Counted from the first letter of the stretch, positions 8,383-16,911 are shown. The stretch is DNA of 32,000 nucleotides from an uncultured Methanosarcinales archaeon (GCA_964407035.1 CAYOTZ010000001.1:12482-44481); one strand, 5' to 3'. Notes: generated from the letters alone by a model not told the origin. Translations and numbers: made by a program.

Positions 8383-9359
8383 TTCTTCAGCATTTCCTTT
8401 AGTTGCTCTATTATGTGAACAGGTGTAGGGTCTATATTATACAGAGCTGCTAGCTCAACAGATGTCCAGTCACCTGTGTATATCGCAGAAAAAATCCTGC
8501 TGAGCTTGCAGGCACCCTTAACAGCAATAATCGTGGAGCTAACCCCGCGTCTGGCAATCAGCTGCTTCGTAAGCTTCATCCTCTTACTTATTCTTGGATG
8601 TTCCTCTTCGTCCTGGAGTATTACAACATAATAATCTCCGATAAGGTTCTCAAAGCCGACAAGCTCATTATGGTTCATTTCTGGAAGAATATGATAAAAA
8701 GCCATGCTCTTGGCGTTCTCGTTAATCTGGGTTTTCCATCTGTAAGCCACAGCAGAGAACTGCTGAGATGCGTAAATCAAAGGTATCTTCCCTGCTAATT
8801 TCTCAGACAGTGCCTTAGCCATTTCCCTATAAATTGGTTTTCTCAATGCAGTGATTGTTGCTTCTACAAACACTTTTTGGTCTTCAATAAGCTTTGAATT
8901 GCTCAATACCCTCAACATGGGAAAGAACAGTAGAGGTAATGCTGCTCGCGGTTGTATCCCTTTTGGTAGCTCTATAAAGTCCAGCTTGCTCTTTTCGCAG
9001 AGTTGCTTTAACTTGCCATTAGATGATATGCCAATAATCTTGCATCCCTTTCCCATTGCAGATCTGAAGCAACTGATTGTTTCTTCTGTGTTCCCTGAGT
9101 AAGAAACAACGAAAACAAGGTCCTTGTTTGTAACAAAACTCGGCAAGGTGTAGTCCCTTACCACAAACATGGAGGTGTCTGTTTCAAGATAAGCAGAGAG
9201 TAAGCTGCCAGGGATTGCAGAACCACCCATACCACAGCAAACAATATGCCTTACCTTGTCCAGCACTGCTACCGCAGATGCTGATTCCCAACCTTGCTGA
9301 ACATAATCTGGAAACGCATTGAGTTGCTCTTCTGTTTCTTCAAAACTCATCCCTATCAC
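8379..9359 (-). CDS. Bifunctional phosphoglucose/phosphomannose isomerase (SIS domain, archaeal PGI/PMI family)
   Basis: CCGMGGSAIPGSLL and VVSYSGNTEET SIS motifs, plus the C-terminal domain typical of PGI/PMI. The track start is GTG at 9359; the ATG at 9350 (MSFEETEEQ) is more likely. Confidence 0.8.
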   Translation of the reverse strand: MIGMSFEETEEQLNAFPDYVQQGWESASAVAVLDKVRHIVCCGMGGSAIPGSLLSAYLETDTSMFVVRDYTLPSFVTNKDLVFVVSYSGNTEETISCFRSAMGKGCKIIGISSNGKLKQLCEKSKLDFIELPKGIQPRAALPLLFFPMLRVLSNSKLIEDQKVFVEATITALRKPIYREMAKALSEKLAGKIPLIYASQQFSAVAYRWKTQINENAKSMAFYHILPEMNHNELVGFENLIGDYYVVILQDEEEHPRISKRMKLTKQLIARRGVSSTIIAVKGACKLSRIFSAIYTGDWTSVELAALYNIDPTPVHIIEQLKEMLKK

Positions 9360-9465
9360 CCAGTTACAGTGTTGCTTTATTAGTATTTAAGCATTGCTGT
9401 ATGCCAGACAGAAATTTTTATAAATGGATACATAAGACAGGCCCATAATTCAGGTGAGTGAAGAT

Positions 9466-9760
9466 ATGAGAAAGGAGTTTGAGGCGTTTGCTTCAAAGAG
9501 GGATTGCCCCTACCAGGAGCTAATCAAGAATATGTCGAGCGTGTTCAAAGAGTTAGAGCCAAGCAGCACTATCATTTCTATACCAAAAAATAGCCAAGAA
9601 AATTGAAGACAAGCTCCCAAGTAGTGATTTTAACAGCATCTCTGAATTTATAAGCTTTGTATTGAGGTTGCTAATCTACGAGGAAGCGATTTCTGAAACA
9701 AAAGGAGTAAAGCCAACAGGGTAAAAGATAAGCTTAGGAAGCTTGGTTATATTGATTAAA
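9466..9760 (+). pseudogene. Frameshifted ribbon-helix-helix (CopG-like) small regulator
   Basis: It reads in three frames: MRKEF...STIISIPKNSQEN*, then (I)AKKIEDKLPSSDFNSISEFISFVLRLLIYEE...PTG*, then RVKDKLRKLGYID*. The first break is at the A6 run at 9585-9590. A TATA-like tttttataaa and an aggtga RBS are intact upstream. Confidence 0.55.
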
Positions 9761-9796
9761 ATGGGAAAAATATCTCCATATAGTTGTTATAGGTTA

Positions 9797-10102
9797 TAGA
9801 AACACGCACAAAAAATTAATCACAGAGAAAAGCTCTATAACATTGCAGATACGCCTGGGCACAAGGACTTTATAAAGAACATAGTCACAGAAGTGAGCCA
9901 ATGTATGATTGAGCTGCTTCACGAGAAGATAGGCATAACAAATGGTGAAGTGATAGAGATAAAACGAGAGGAGTTGGATGATAAGGAAGCTGGTTTGGTT
10001 ACTATAACAATGAGCAAATCCGTTTACCACAGACTATTTCACATACTGCACAAAACTCAAGACAGAGAAGCTGGCAATTGCAATAAGAAAGTAGAAGTTT
10101 GA
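9797..10102 (+). pseudogene. Gene remnant: translational-GTPase (EF-1alpha/EF-Tu-type) G3-region fragment fused to unrelated sequence
   Basis: The frame reads ...EKLYNIADTPGHKDFIKNIVTEVSQ..., which matches the EF-1alpha pattern [20 protein letters not shown]. There are no G1/G4 motifs, no plausible start, and a stop immediately upstream. Confidence 0.35.
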
Positions 10103-10284
10103 TGCAGTCATAGTTGGCATAAGGTGGGAGGACACAGTATTAGAGGAAAGGAAAGCTTTTTTTCAAAGTGTTATGGCCCTGACCACTGGCATGTGCATCC
10201 TATGTTGAACTGGAACTTGACTGAGATTTGGGATAGCAGAACGCTGGACAAGGAGCAGCTAATGGAGGAGTTGAGAGCTCTCGG

Positions 10285-11475
10285 CTATATGTAACCAAAG
10301 CCGCCAAGCTCCTTGAATTGCTCAACATACCTAGTAAGGCGGAAATAAAAACCTTGCATATCACGCTTATACTTCTCTGTGAAATCTTTGAAACCCTTCC
10401 TGCTTCGCCACCTCGAAACAAGGAACATTGTTGAGCTGTCCCTGTAATGCTGAACAGCAAAAGTCTTTAGATGCCCATGTTCTTTAGCTTCGAATGTTGA
10501 TAGGAACAGGTTAAACCTGCTTAAGGGATGGAAGAACTCGCGCAGCCTGTTAATATTACTCTGGGTAGTCCTTAGCAGCCATTTGTGCTCGTAAAAATCC
10601 GATTTGATTGTGAAGCCCAACCGTGATACATCCTGGTCAGAGTCAATGTCATAGCTCATCTCTGGCCACATACTATAAGTGAATAAGGAGGCTGTTACTG
10701 GAGACTTGTCCTCTCCAAGAAATATGCGAAATGCAGCATCCAGTTTGCTCAAACTCAAAGCGCGGTGCTTTACTAAGTCGACGATACCCGAGCCAACCAG
10801 ATAGCTCAATTCTGGTAGCTCACTTAATATCAGCCGGGCTAATATGAGCCAGCTATGGGGCTGCAACATCTTTCTCATTGAGAAGAACATAGAAAGCATC
10901 TCAGTTCTGGCTTCTTTCGTTACAAGCAGATAATTTGCCTCTTTTAATCTCGTAATGCGCGGTTCTCTACGGTATAGGTCATCAATTGCAGGAAAGTAGC
11001 GTCTGGGATAAGGATAAATCAACGCTTCCTCTACAATAGAGATTAACTGCTTAGGCAAATCCCTGGCTACTTCAGTGTATCCTGAATAGTGCTCTATCAA
11101 GCTATCCAAGGTCTCGCTGGTGAGCCTTGGCAGGTCTGAAGTAATGCACAGCACATACTCCTTTGCTTTTGGCTGTAATGCTGCCAAGCCAATCGCAATA
11201 TTCTCACCGAGGTCGCTTCCCTGCTTGACAAACTCAACCCTGGGTATGTCTGTCAGCAAACGCTCTATTTCCTCTCTGCCCACAACAACAACACGCTCCA
11301 GAGAACTGGCAGAAGCTGCCTTAGCCACGCTCCTTATTAGTACCTCTGATTTGTGGTTAAGGTCCTCCAAAACAAGTAATGGTTTGTAGCACTCCAGATA
11401 TTTTTCAGAACCAGTTATGTCATATCTTTTTGGCTTGCTCGTTTCGTCATACCCTGCAAGAACAATGCACTTCAT
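10285..11475 (-). CDS. MobA-like nucleotidyltransferase-domain protein with an uncharacterised ~250-aa C-terminal region
   Basis: The N-terminus MKCIVLAGY...YKPLLVL...RVVVVG...LCITSDLPRLT resembles the NTP_transf_3/MobA-like GT-A fold. I do not recognise the C-terminal two-thirds. Confidence 0.6.
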   Translation of the reverse strand: MKCIVLAGYDETSKPKRYDITGSEKYLECYKPLLVLEDLNHKSEVLIRSVAKAASASSLERVVVVGREEIERLLTDIPRVEFVKQGSDLGENIAIGLAALQPKAKEYVLCITSDLPRLTSETLDSLIEHYSGYTEVARDLPKQLISIVEEALIYPYPRRYFPAIDDLYRREPRITRLKEANYLLVTKEARTEMLSMFFSMRKMLQPHSWLILARLILSELPELSYLVGSGIVDLVKHRALSLSKLDAAFRIFLGEDKSPVTASLFTYSMWPEMSYDIDSDQDVSRLGFTIKSDFYEHKWLLRTTQSNINRLREFFHPLSRFNLFLSTFEAKEHGHLKTFAVQHYRDSSTMFLVSRWRSRKGFKDFTEKYKRDMQGFYFRLTRYVEQFKELGGFGYI

Positions 11476-11683
11476 TAATTAACTATTGATTAGTGATTCT
11501 TTAAAAATTTTCTTCTTTTTAAACTTTTGACAAATTGTAATAATAAAGAATGGCAATGACAAAAGTAAAAAGAACTTAGGAATACAGATAGATTTATATT
11601 TAAAGTATGTTTAACTAAAATGCAGCTTAAAGTAATTCCTAAGTGGATTTCTTTAAGTTTGTTATGTTTGGAGGTGTTAATAA

Positions 11684-12115
11684 ATGCCAAAGAAGGCAAA
11701 AGAGGGCTCCACTGTTAGTGTGGAATTTGAAGGAAAATTAGAAGACGGAACAGTGTTTGACAAAAGCAAGCCAGACCAGCCGCTTGTGTTCACTATAGGA
11801 GAGCACAGAATTATTCCTGCTTTTGAAAAGGCGGTTGAGGGTATGTCTGTGGGCGAGAAGAAGGAGATAAATCTCAACCCAAAGGATGCTTTCGGTGAGC
11901 GCAAAGAAGAGCTTGTAATTGGCGTCCCAAAGAGTAACTTCCCGCATGACCTTGAGCTTAAAGAAGGTGCATTGATAAGGGTCGGGCTGCCGAACGGTAT
12001 GCAGGCACCAGCAAAGATTGTCAAAATAGCAGAGGACGTTGTTGTGCTTGATATGAACCACCCCTTAGCTGGTAAGAAAGTGAGTTTCAAAATTAAGCTT
12101 ATAGACACCAATTAA
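11684..12115 (+). CDS. FKBP-type peptidyl-prolyl cis-trans isomerase (SlyD-like, with insert-in-flap)
   Basis: 143 aa. GSTVSVEFEGKLEDGTVFDKS...PLVFTIGEHRIIPAFEKAVEGMSVGEKK...MNHPLAGKKVSFKIKLI. A GGAGGTG RBS lies 7 nt upstream. Confidence 0.9.
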   Translation: MPKKAKEGSTVSVEFEGKLEDGTVFDKSKPDQPLVFTIGEHRIIPAFEKAVEGMSVGEKKEINLNPKDAFGERKEELVIGVPKSNFPHDLELKEGALIRVGLPNGMQAPAKIVKIAEDVVVLDMNHPLAGKKVSFKIKLIDTN

Positions 12116-12171
12116 ATATCTAAAAGATTAAGCCTGAGCGCTTTATCATAAAACCTTTTAATCTGATTTTC

Positions 12172-12529
12172 TTAAGTTGTTATGAAAATCTCGGATGGGG
12201 CACTTACAATACCTCTCTTTATGTGTCCTGTATATCTATTGAAGCTCTCATACTGAGCGTGGTGTGAATGTGCAGCCAAGGTTTATCATCCAGCATAGCT
12301 ATGTTGCCATTCAGCACATCCTATCTCGAGATTCGCCTTTATCAGTTTGGAGCTATTACTCTCTATTTGAAGGATTATAATTGGCAAGCTCTGCTTCTGA
12401 TAGAGCATCTATGTCAGGAACAACGTCTGTTGTTATTCCAAGTTCACTACACAGCTTTATCAGGCAGCTAACAATCTCTTCGCCAGACTCTAACCTAACA
12501 ACAGAGCTATCAAGCTTTTTGTATCTCAT
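12172..12529 (-). pseudogene. Decayed PPC/DUF296-family gene (multiple frameshifts and stops)
   Basis: Hand translation gives MRYKKLDSSVVRLESGEEIVSCLIKLCSELGI...DALSEAELANYNPSNRE*. Other frames then give NGNIAMLDDKPWLHIHTTLS and GHIKRGIVSAPSEIFITT*. Concatenated, these match the DUF296 pattern (LepGedl...iGal..v.L.yyd...Gnia..dgkp.lHlH..l...GGHl..g.v..t.Ei.i). Confidence 0.6.
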
Positions 12530-13442
12530 TTTTCATTAAGTAAGCTATCGTTTGTTTGAGACCCTGCTCGAGTTTCACGCTCGGTTTATAACCGAGATGC
12601 TTGCTTGCTCTGGTTATCATAGCCAAGGAGTGCTTTATATCACCCTTCTGGGCTTCCTCAAACCTAATCTGAGAGTTAGAGTTGCAGAGCTTGATTACCA
12701 TCTTAGCCAAATTTAGAATTGAAAAAGATATTCCAGAACCTATATTGAAGATGCCGTTAATTTTGCTCTCTGCCGCTGATAGCATTGCATTCACTACATC
12801 CTTAACAAACACGAAATCCCGTGTCTGGCTGCCATCACCATATATCACCAGGTTTCTATTAGCCAATGCATTGGCAATGAACTTTGATATAACACCAGAG
12901 TAATCATTGTTCGGGTTTTGCTTTGGCCCATACACATTGAACAGGCGAAGGCAAATATAGTTAAGCTTATGAGTTAAGGAGTATGCTTCGCAGAAATGCT
13001 CAACAGCGAGCTTTGAGGCAGCGTAAGGGGTTAATGGTCTTGCAGTTGTTTGCTCTGTTAAGGGTAGCTTTTGCGAATCGCCGTAAACAGCAGCGGAACT
13101 GGCAAATATGAGTTTAGCTCTGTGCTTTAATGCAGCCATGATAATGTTGTGGCTGCCTTGCATATTCACTTTAAAGCATCTCTCTGGTTCAGCGACTGAA
13201 AGCTGGATAGAGCTGACAGCAGCAAGGTGGAAGATAAAATCAAGCTTGGGTAGGCTGTTTGTTAACTCTTTGTCTGTTACGCTTGCCTTAATGAATCTCA
13301 CTTTGAGACCCTGCAGGTTTCTCAAGTCGCCATTACTCAAATCGTCTAATACTATGACTTCGTTGTCAGAATGCAGTTCAGATGCGAGGTTAGAGCCAAT
13401 AAAGCCAGCACCACCGGTTATTAGTACTCTTTTGTCTTTCAT
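12510..13442 (-). CDS. NAD-dependent nucleoside-diphosphate-sugar epimerase (UDP-glucose 4-epimerase-like SDR)
   Basis: 310 aa. VLITGGAGFIGSNL Rossmann motif and YAASK catalytic motif. Extended-SDR architecture. Confidence 0.85.
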   Translation of the reverse strand: MKDKRVLITGGAGFIGSNLASELHSDNEVIVLDDLSNGDLRNLQGLKVRFIKASVTDKELTNSLPKLDFIFHLAAVSSIQLSVAEPERCFKVNMQGSHNIIMAALKHRAKLIFASSAAVYGDSQKLPLTEQTTARPLTPYAASKLAVEHFCEAYSLTHKLNYICLRLFNVYGPKQNPNNDYSGVISKFIANALANRNLVIYGDGSQTRDFVFVKDVVNAMLSAAESKINGIFNIGSGISFSILNLAKMVIKLCNSNSQIRFEEAQKGDIKHSLAMITRASKHLGYKPSVKLEQGLKQTIAYLMKNEIQKA

Positions 13443-13478
13443 TCAGGGCAAGAAAGGGATAGCAGTATTTAAAAATAA

Positions 13479-14462
13479 CTATTTGATATTCACTTCAGAG
13501 GAATCTCCAACATTCAGCACCTTGAACTGCCCGCTCACCTTTGCATAATCGCCTACCAAAGAGTCAGTTAACATCTCGTTCCTTATGTCTGCATAAGAAT
13601 TGATTATGGAGTTCTTGATTATTGAGTTGGCAACAATTGCACCTTTGTCTATCGTCACATAAGGCCCTATTATGCTGTGCGATACCTTTGCAGTATCATG
13701 TATAAATACCGGCGGAATAATGGAAACGCCTTCCCGTTTCCTGTAATAGCCACTTGATTTCGTCAGAAGATACTTGTTTGTCGCCAGTAGGGTTTCTGGT
13801 TTGCCACAATCATACCATCCTTCTATCGGGAATACAGTGAGCTTGGCTCCCTTTTCTACCATCAACTGAAATGCGTCTGTTAGCTGGTATTCGCCTTTTG
13901 TCTTTATGTTTTTTGCTATTATCTCGCGGAGGCACTCGAACATGAGTTTTGAGTTTTTTATCACATTCACACCTACAATAGCAGGCATTGGCTTTACAAA
14001 GTCGGGTTTCTCTATAAGATTGGCAACAAAAGAGCCATTGAGTTCAATAACCCCCCAGCGTCTTGGGTCGTCTACCATTTTCACACCTATCGTGCCGTCA
14101 TGCTCTGTTTTCAACGCCTCACTAAAGTCACCTATGAATATAGTATCTCCATATATTATCAGGCAGGGCTGATCTTTTACAAACGGCTCTGCTAATAGTA
14201 TAGCATGTCCAAGCCCCTTTCTCTCTGGCTGCTCGGCGAACCAGAATCTCATATTGGGATAAGCGCGATGAACATATTCCTTTATCTGCTCGCCCTTGTA
14301 TCCAATTATCAGCACTGCTTCTGTTATGCCTAGGTCAAGAATGCTGTCAAGTATGTGGGCAAGTATTGGCTTGCCAGCAACATTCAATAGTGCCTTTGCA
14401 ACTGTGTGAGTGTGCGGCTTCAACCTTGAGCCGACACCAGCTACAGGAAGTATTGCCTTCAT
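13479..14462 (-). CDS. Sugar-1-phosphate nucleotidyltransferase with a C-terminal left-handed beta-helix
   Basis: 327 aa. MKAILPVAGVGSRLKPHTHTVAKALLNVAGKPIL (GxGxRL signature). The C-terminus has hexapeptide-like repeats (SIIGPYVTIDKGAIVANSIIKNSIINSYADI). Confidence 0.85.
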   Translation of the reverse strand: MKAILPVAGVGSRLKPHTHTVAKALLNVAGKPILAHILDSILDLGITEAVLIIGYKGEQIKEYVHRAYPNMRFWFAEQPERKGLGHAILLAEPFVKDQPCLIIYGDTIFIGDFSEALKTEHDGTIGVKMVDDPRRWGVIELNGSFVANLIEKPDFVKPMPAIVGVNVIKNSKLMFECLREIIAKNIKTKGEYQLTDAFQLMVEKGAKLTVFPIEGWYDCGKPETLLATNKYLLTKSSGYYRKREGVSIIPPVFIHDTAKVSHSIIGPYVTIDKGAIVANSIIKNSIINSYADIRNEMLTDSLVGDYAKVSGQFKVLNVGDSSEVNIK

Positions 14463-14476
14463 AATTCACCACCCTA

Positions 14477-15945
14477 TTACCAGCAAATACCTTCGTAATT
14501 CTTGCCGGTTCTTTTGTTAAGGAACTTCATACCATCAATAAATATTTTGCCCTTGAAAAGCTGCTCGTTACGCAGCTCCGGCCATTCTGTTACTCCAATA
14601 ACAACATCTGCGTTTGAAATGGCATCATCAAAGTTTGGACTGTAAGCTAAGTTCGGGAATAACTTCGCCATGTTGCGCTCTGCAGCAGGGTCATAAGCAA
14701 TAACCTCAGCGCCCTCTTTCAACAGCTCTTTTATTACTGTTATGGCAGGGCTTTCTCTTATATCATCTGTGCCAGGTTTGAAAGCCAAGCCAAGCACAGC
14801 AACACGCTTGCCCTTTAAAACGCCAACGCGTTTCTTGGCAAGCTCCACAAGCTTCTTTGGCTGCTCCTCGTTAACTCTCCAGACTGCCTCAAGCAACAAG
14901 GGTCTTACTCGAAGCTTTTTCCCAAGCTGTATAAGAGCTTTCACATCTTTCGGAAAACAGCTACCACCAAAACCTCTGCCAGCATTGAGAAAGCTCCTGT
15001 TTATCCTTTTGTCCAAACCAACTCCGTCCATTACCTCATATACATCTATACCGAGCTTCTTGCACATGTTGCCAATCTCATTTGCAAATGATATCTTTGT
15101 GGCTAACAGGCAGTTTGAAGCGTATTTTATCATTTCGGCTGTTTTTATGTTGGTCTTATAGAAAACTGTGTCGAATTCCTTGTAAATGAACCTTATCGCC
15201 TCGTAATCTTCGTCATTTCCCACGCCGATAACAATCCTGAAAGGGTAGAGGAAATCCTTTAGTGCTAAACCCTCCCTGAGAAACTCAGGCACCATCGCTA
15301 TTCTGAAATCTGAGTGTCCGGCATTCTCTGATATCAAGCGCTTAACAAGACCCTCTGTGGTGCCAGGCAGCACAGTGCTCTTAACAACGACAATATGCCC
15401 TTTCTTGTGTTTTAAAATAGCTCCCAGCTGGCAGCAACCTGCTCTAAATAACCGAGATATTGATTGCCTGTTTCTGTTGAAGGAGTGCCGACAGCTATAA
15501 AGGTAGCATCTGAATTCATCACAGCATCCTTTAAACTTGTCATGCAGTTGAACATCTCATCTGGTAGCTTCTCAAGCAAATCCTGCAAGCCCTCCTCATA
15601 TATGGGTGCTCTTCTGTTCGCTATCTTTCTTATTTTATTTTCGTCAATATCAACACAGATAACACGCCTGCCACGATGGCACAAGCCAACAGCAGTCACC
15701 AAGCCAACATAGCCAACACCAACTATAGATAAATTTACTGGGGCGTTAACAAATCTTGGGCTTAGTTTATAGAGAAGCTTAGCATTTGAGTGAACAAACA
15801 AGCTGTTGTAACCCTGCAGCTCTTTATGTTTTCTTATTAAATCATTTATTAGCACGAGCCTGTGCCTGCTCAAGTGTTCTGGAACCTCTATTGTTAATTT
15901 CTTTTTTCTATCGCCAAACCTAAAGATTAAATCCAGTTTTTCCAT
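14477..15945 (-). pseudogene. UDP-glucose/GDP-mannose 6-dehydrogenase-family gene split by a single-nucleotide frameshift
   Basis: The N-terminal ORF (track 15412..16008) has IVGVGYVGLVTAVGL...FIAVGTPS...LGYLEQVAA and then hits a stop. In the other frame the sequence continues QLGAILKHKKGHIVVVKSTVLPGTTE into the 14477..15373 ORF. The frame change maps to about 15430-15431 (a CC that would be CCC). The likely start is MEKLD at 15945. Confidence 0.8.
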
Positions 15946-16038
15946 TTTTTTATTTCTTATATTTTGTTTTTTATTTTTGTAAAAATGTTCATTTAAATAT
16001 CTTACCATTATCTTACCATATCCTACTTTTTAGAAAGA

Positions 16039-16047
16039 TTTATAAAA
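16039..16047 (+). promoter_or_regulatory. TATA-box-like element for the RHH-nucleotidyltransferase gene
   Basis: tttataaaa is centred about 26 nt upstream of the ATG at 16069, in a 60-nt divergent intergenic region. Confidence 0.45.
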
Positions 16048-16068
16048 GGCAAGGGTATATGTTTAACT

Positions 16069-16881
16069 ATGAAAGAGAAGATTTCAATAACAATAGAAGA
16101 GAACATTCTCAGAGAACTTGATGCCCTCATTGATAATATTGTCATAAAGAACAGGAGCAATGCTATTGAATTCCTGGTGAACAAAGCCCTCGGGCAAAGC
16201 AAGACAGCTGTGATACTGAGTGGGGGCAGCCCAGATTATCTCAGGATTAGTAAAACAGAGTTTCGTCCAACTGCAAAGATTAACAGCAAGCCGTTGCTGC
16301 AGCACAACATAGACAAGCTTAAGCTGTGCGGCTTTAAACATATCTACATTATTGCAAGGAAGCCAGTTCTGACTGCGATTTTTGGGGTGTTGAGCAACAA
16401 GGAAAACCATGACATGAATTTCGAGTTTGTACAGGAGCCAGAATCAAGGGGCACTGCTTTCTCACTGAAACAACTGAAGGGTAAGCTGAACAGTCCTTTC
16501 ATAGTGCTATATGGCGACATTGTAGCTGCCAATTTGGAGCTAATCAGCTTGTGGAAATCCCATATAAGAAACAAATTCACAGCAACCCTATTGCTGACCA
16601 GCTCACCTGAGCCAAACAAAAAGGGCGTTGTTGAATTGGAGGGAAACAGAATTGTTAGATTTATTCAGAAGCCGAGCAAGACAGAGCTTTATATCGGCTT
16701 TTCTTCTGTTTTTGTTGCCGAACCATCAATAATGGACTATGCTGGTGATTGGCTCGAGCTCGATATATTTCCTCGGATGGCTGCTGAAGGATTGCTTGGC
16801 GGATTTGTAAGCTCACAGCAGGTAATACACATACACAGCACAAGTGACAAAAACAGAGCTTCCAGCGTAGTGGTGCGTTAG
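16069..16881 (+). CDS. Fusion protein: N-terminal ribbon-helix-helix (CopG/NikR-like) plus a sugar-nucleotidyltransferase-like domain
   Basis: MKEKISITIEENILRELDALI...NRSNAIEFLVNKAL is the RHH pattern. It is followed by AVILSGGSPDYLRIS...RPTAKINSKPLLQHNIDKL...IYII...VLYGDIV, a GT-A NTP-transferase layout with a degenerate GxGxRL loop. Confidence 0.7.
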   Translation: MKEKISITIEENILRELDALIDNIVIKNRSNAIEFLVNKALGQSKTAVILSGGSPDYLRISKTEFRPTAKINSKPLLQHNIDKLKLCGFKHIYIIARKPVLTAIFGVLSNKENHDMNFEFVQEPESRGTAFSLKQLKGKLNSPFIVLYGDIVAANLELISLWKSHIRNKFTATLLLTSSPEPNKKGVVELEGNRIVRFIQKPSKTELYIGFSSVFVAEPSIMDYAGDWLELDIFPRMAAEGLLGGFVSSQQVIHIHSTSDKNRASSVVVR

Positions 16882-16883
16882 AT

Positions 16884-16891
16884 TTTTAAAT
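16884..16891 (+). promoter_or_regulatory. TATA-box-like element for the 5S rRNA gene
   Basis: ttttaaat is centred about 24 nt upstream of the predicted 5S 5' end. It begins 3 nt downstream of the stop codon of the upstream CDS. Confidence 0.45.
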
Positions 16892-16911
16892 GAGGATTTA
16901 TTGCTGATTGC

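Noticed and set aside
9360-9465. tRNA or other small RNA genes in the intergenic regions 9360-9465, 11476-11683, 12116-12171 and 29756-29857
   Set aside because: Reading by eye, I saw no cloverleaf-compatible acceptor or T-arm pairings and no GTTCRANYC-type box. The regions look like AT-rich promoter DNA with TATA-like boxes.
9893-10102. 69-aa plus-strand ORF (MSQCMIELL...) as a real gene
   Set aside because: The same frame continues upstream, with no start codon, into a GTPase G3-motif fragment. It is best explained as part of a chimeric remnant.
10200-10460. 86-aa minus-strand ORF overlapping the 3' end of the nucleotidyltransferase gene
   Set aside because: It is an out-of-frame overlap with a longer, better-supported ORF. 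It has no start context and a Ser-rich tail.
11677-12111. 144-aa and 107-aa minus-strand ORFs antisense to the FKBP gene
   Set aside because: These are shadow ORFs with low-complexity Ser/Thr/Pro-rich translations. The plus-strand frame has a clear FKBP family match and a GGAGGTG RBS.
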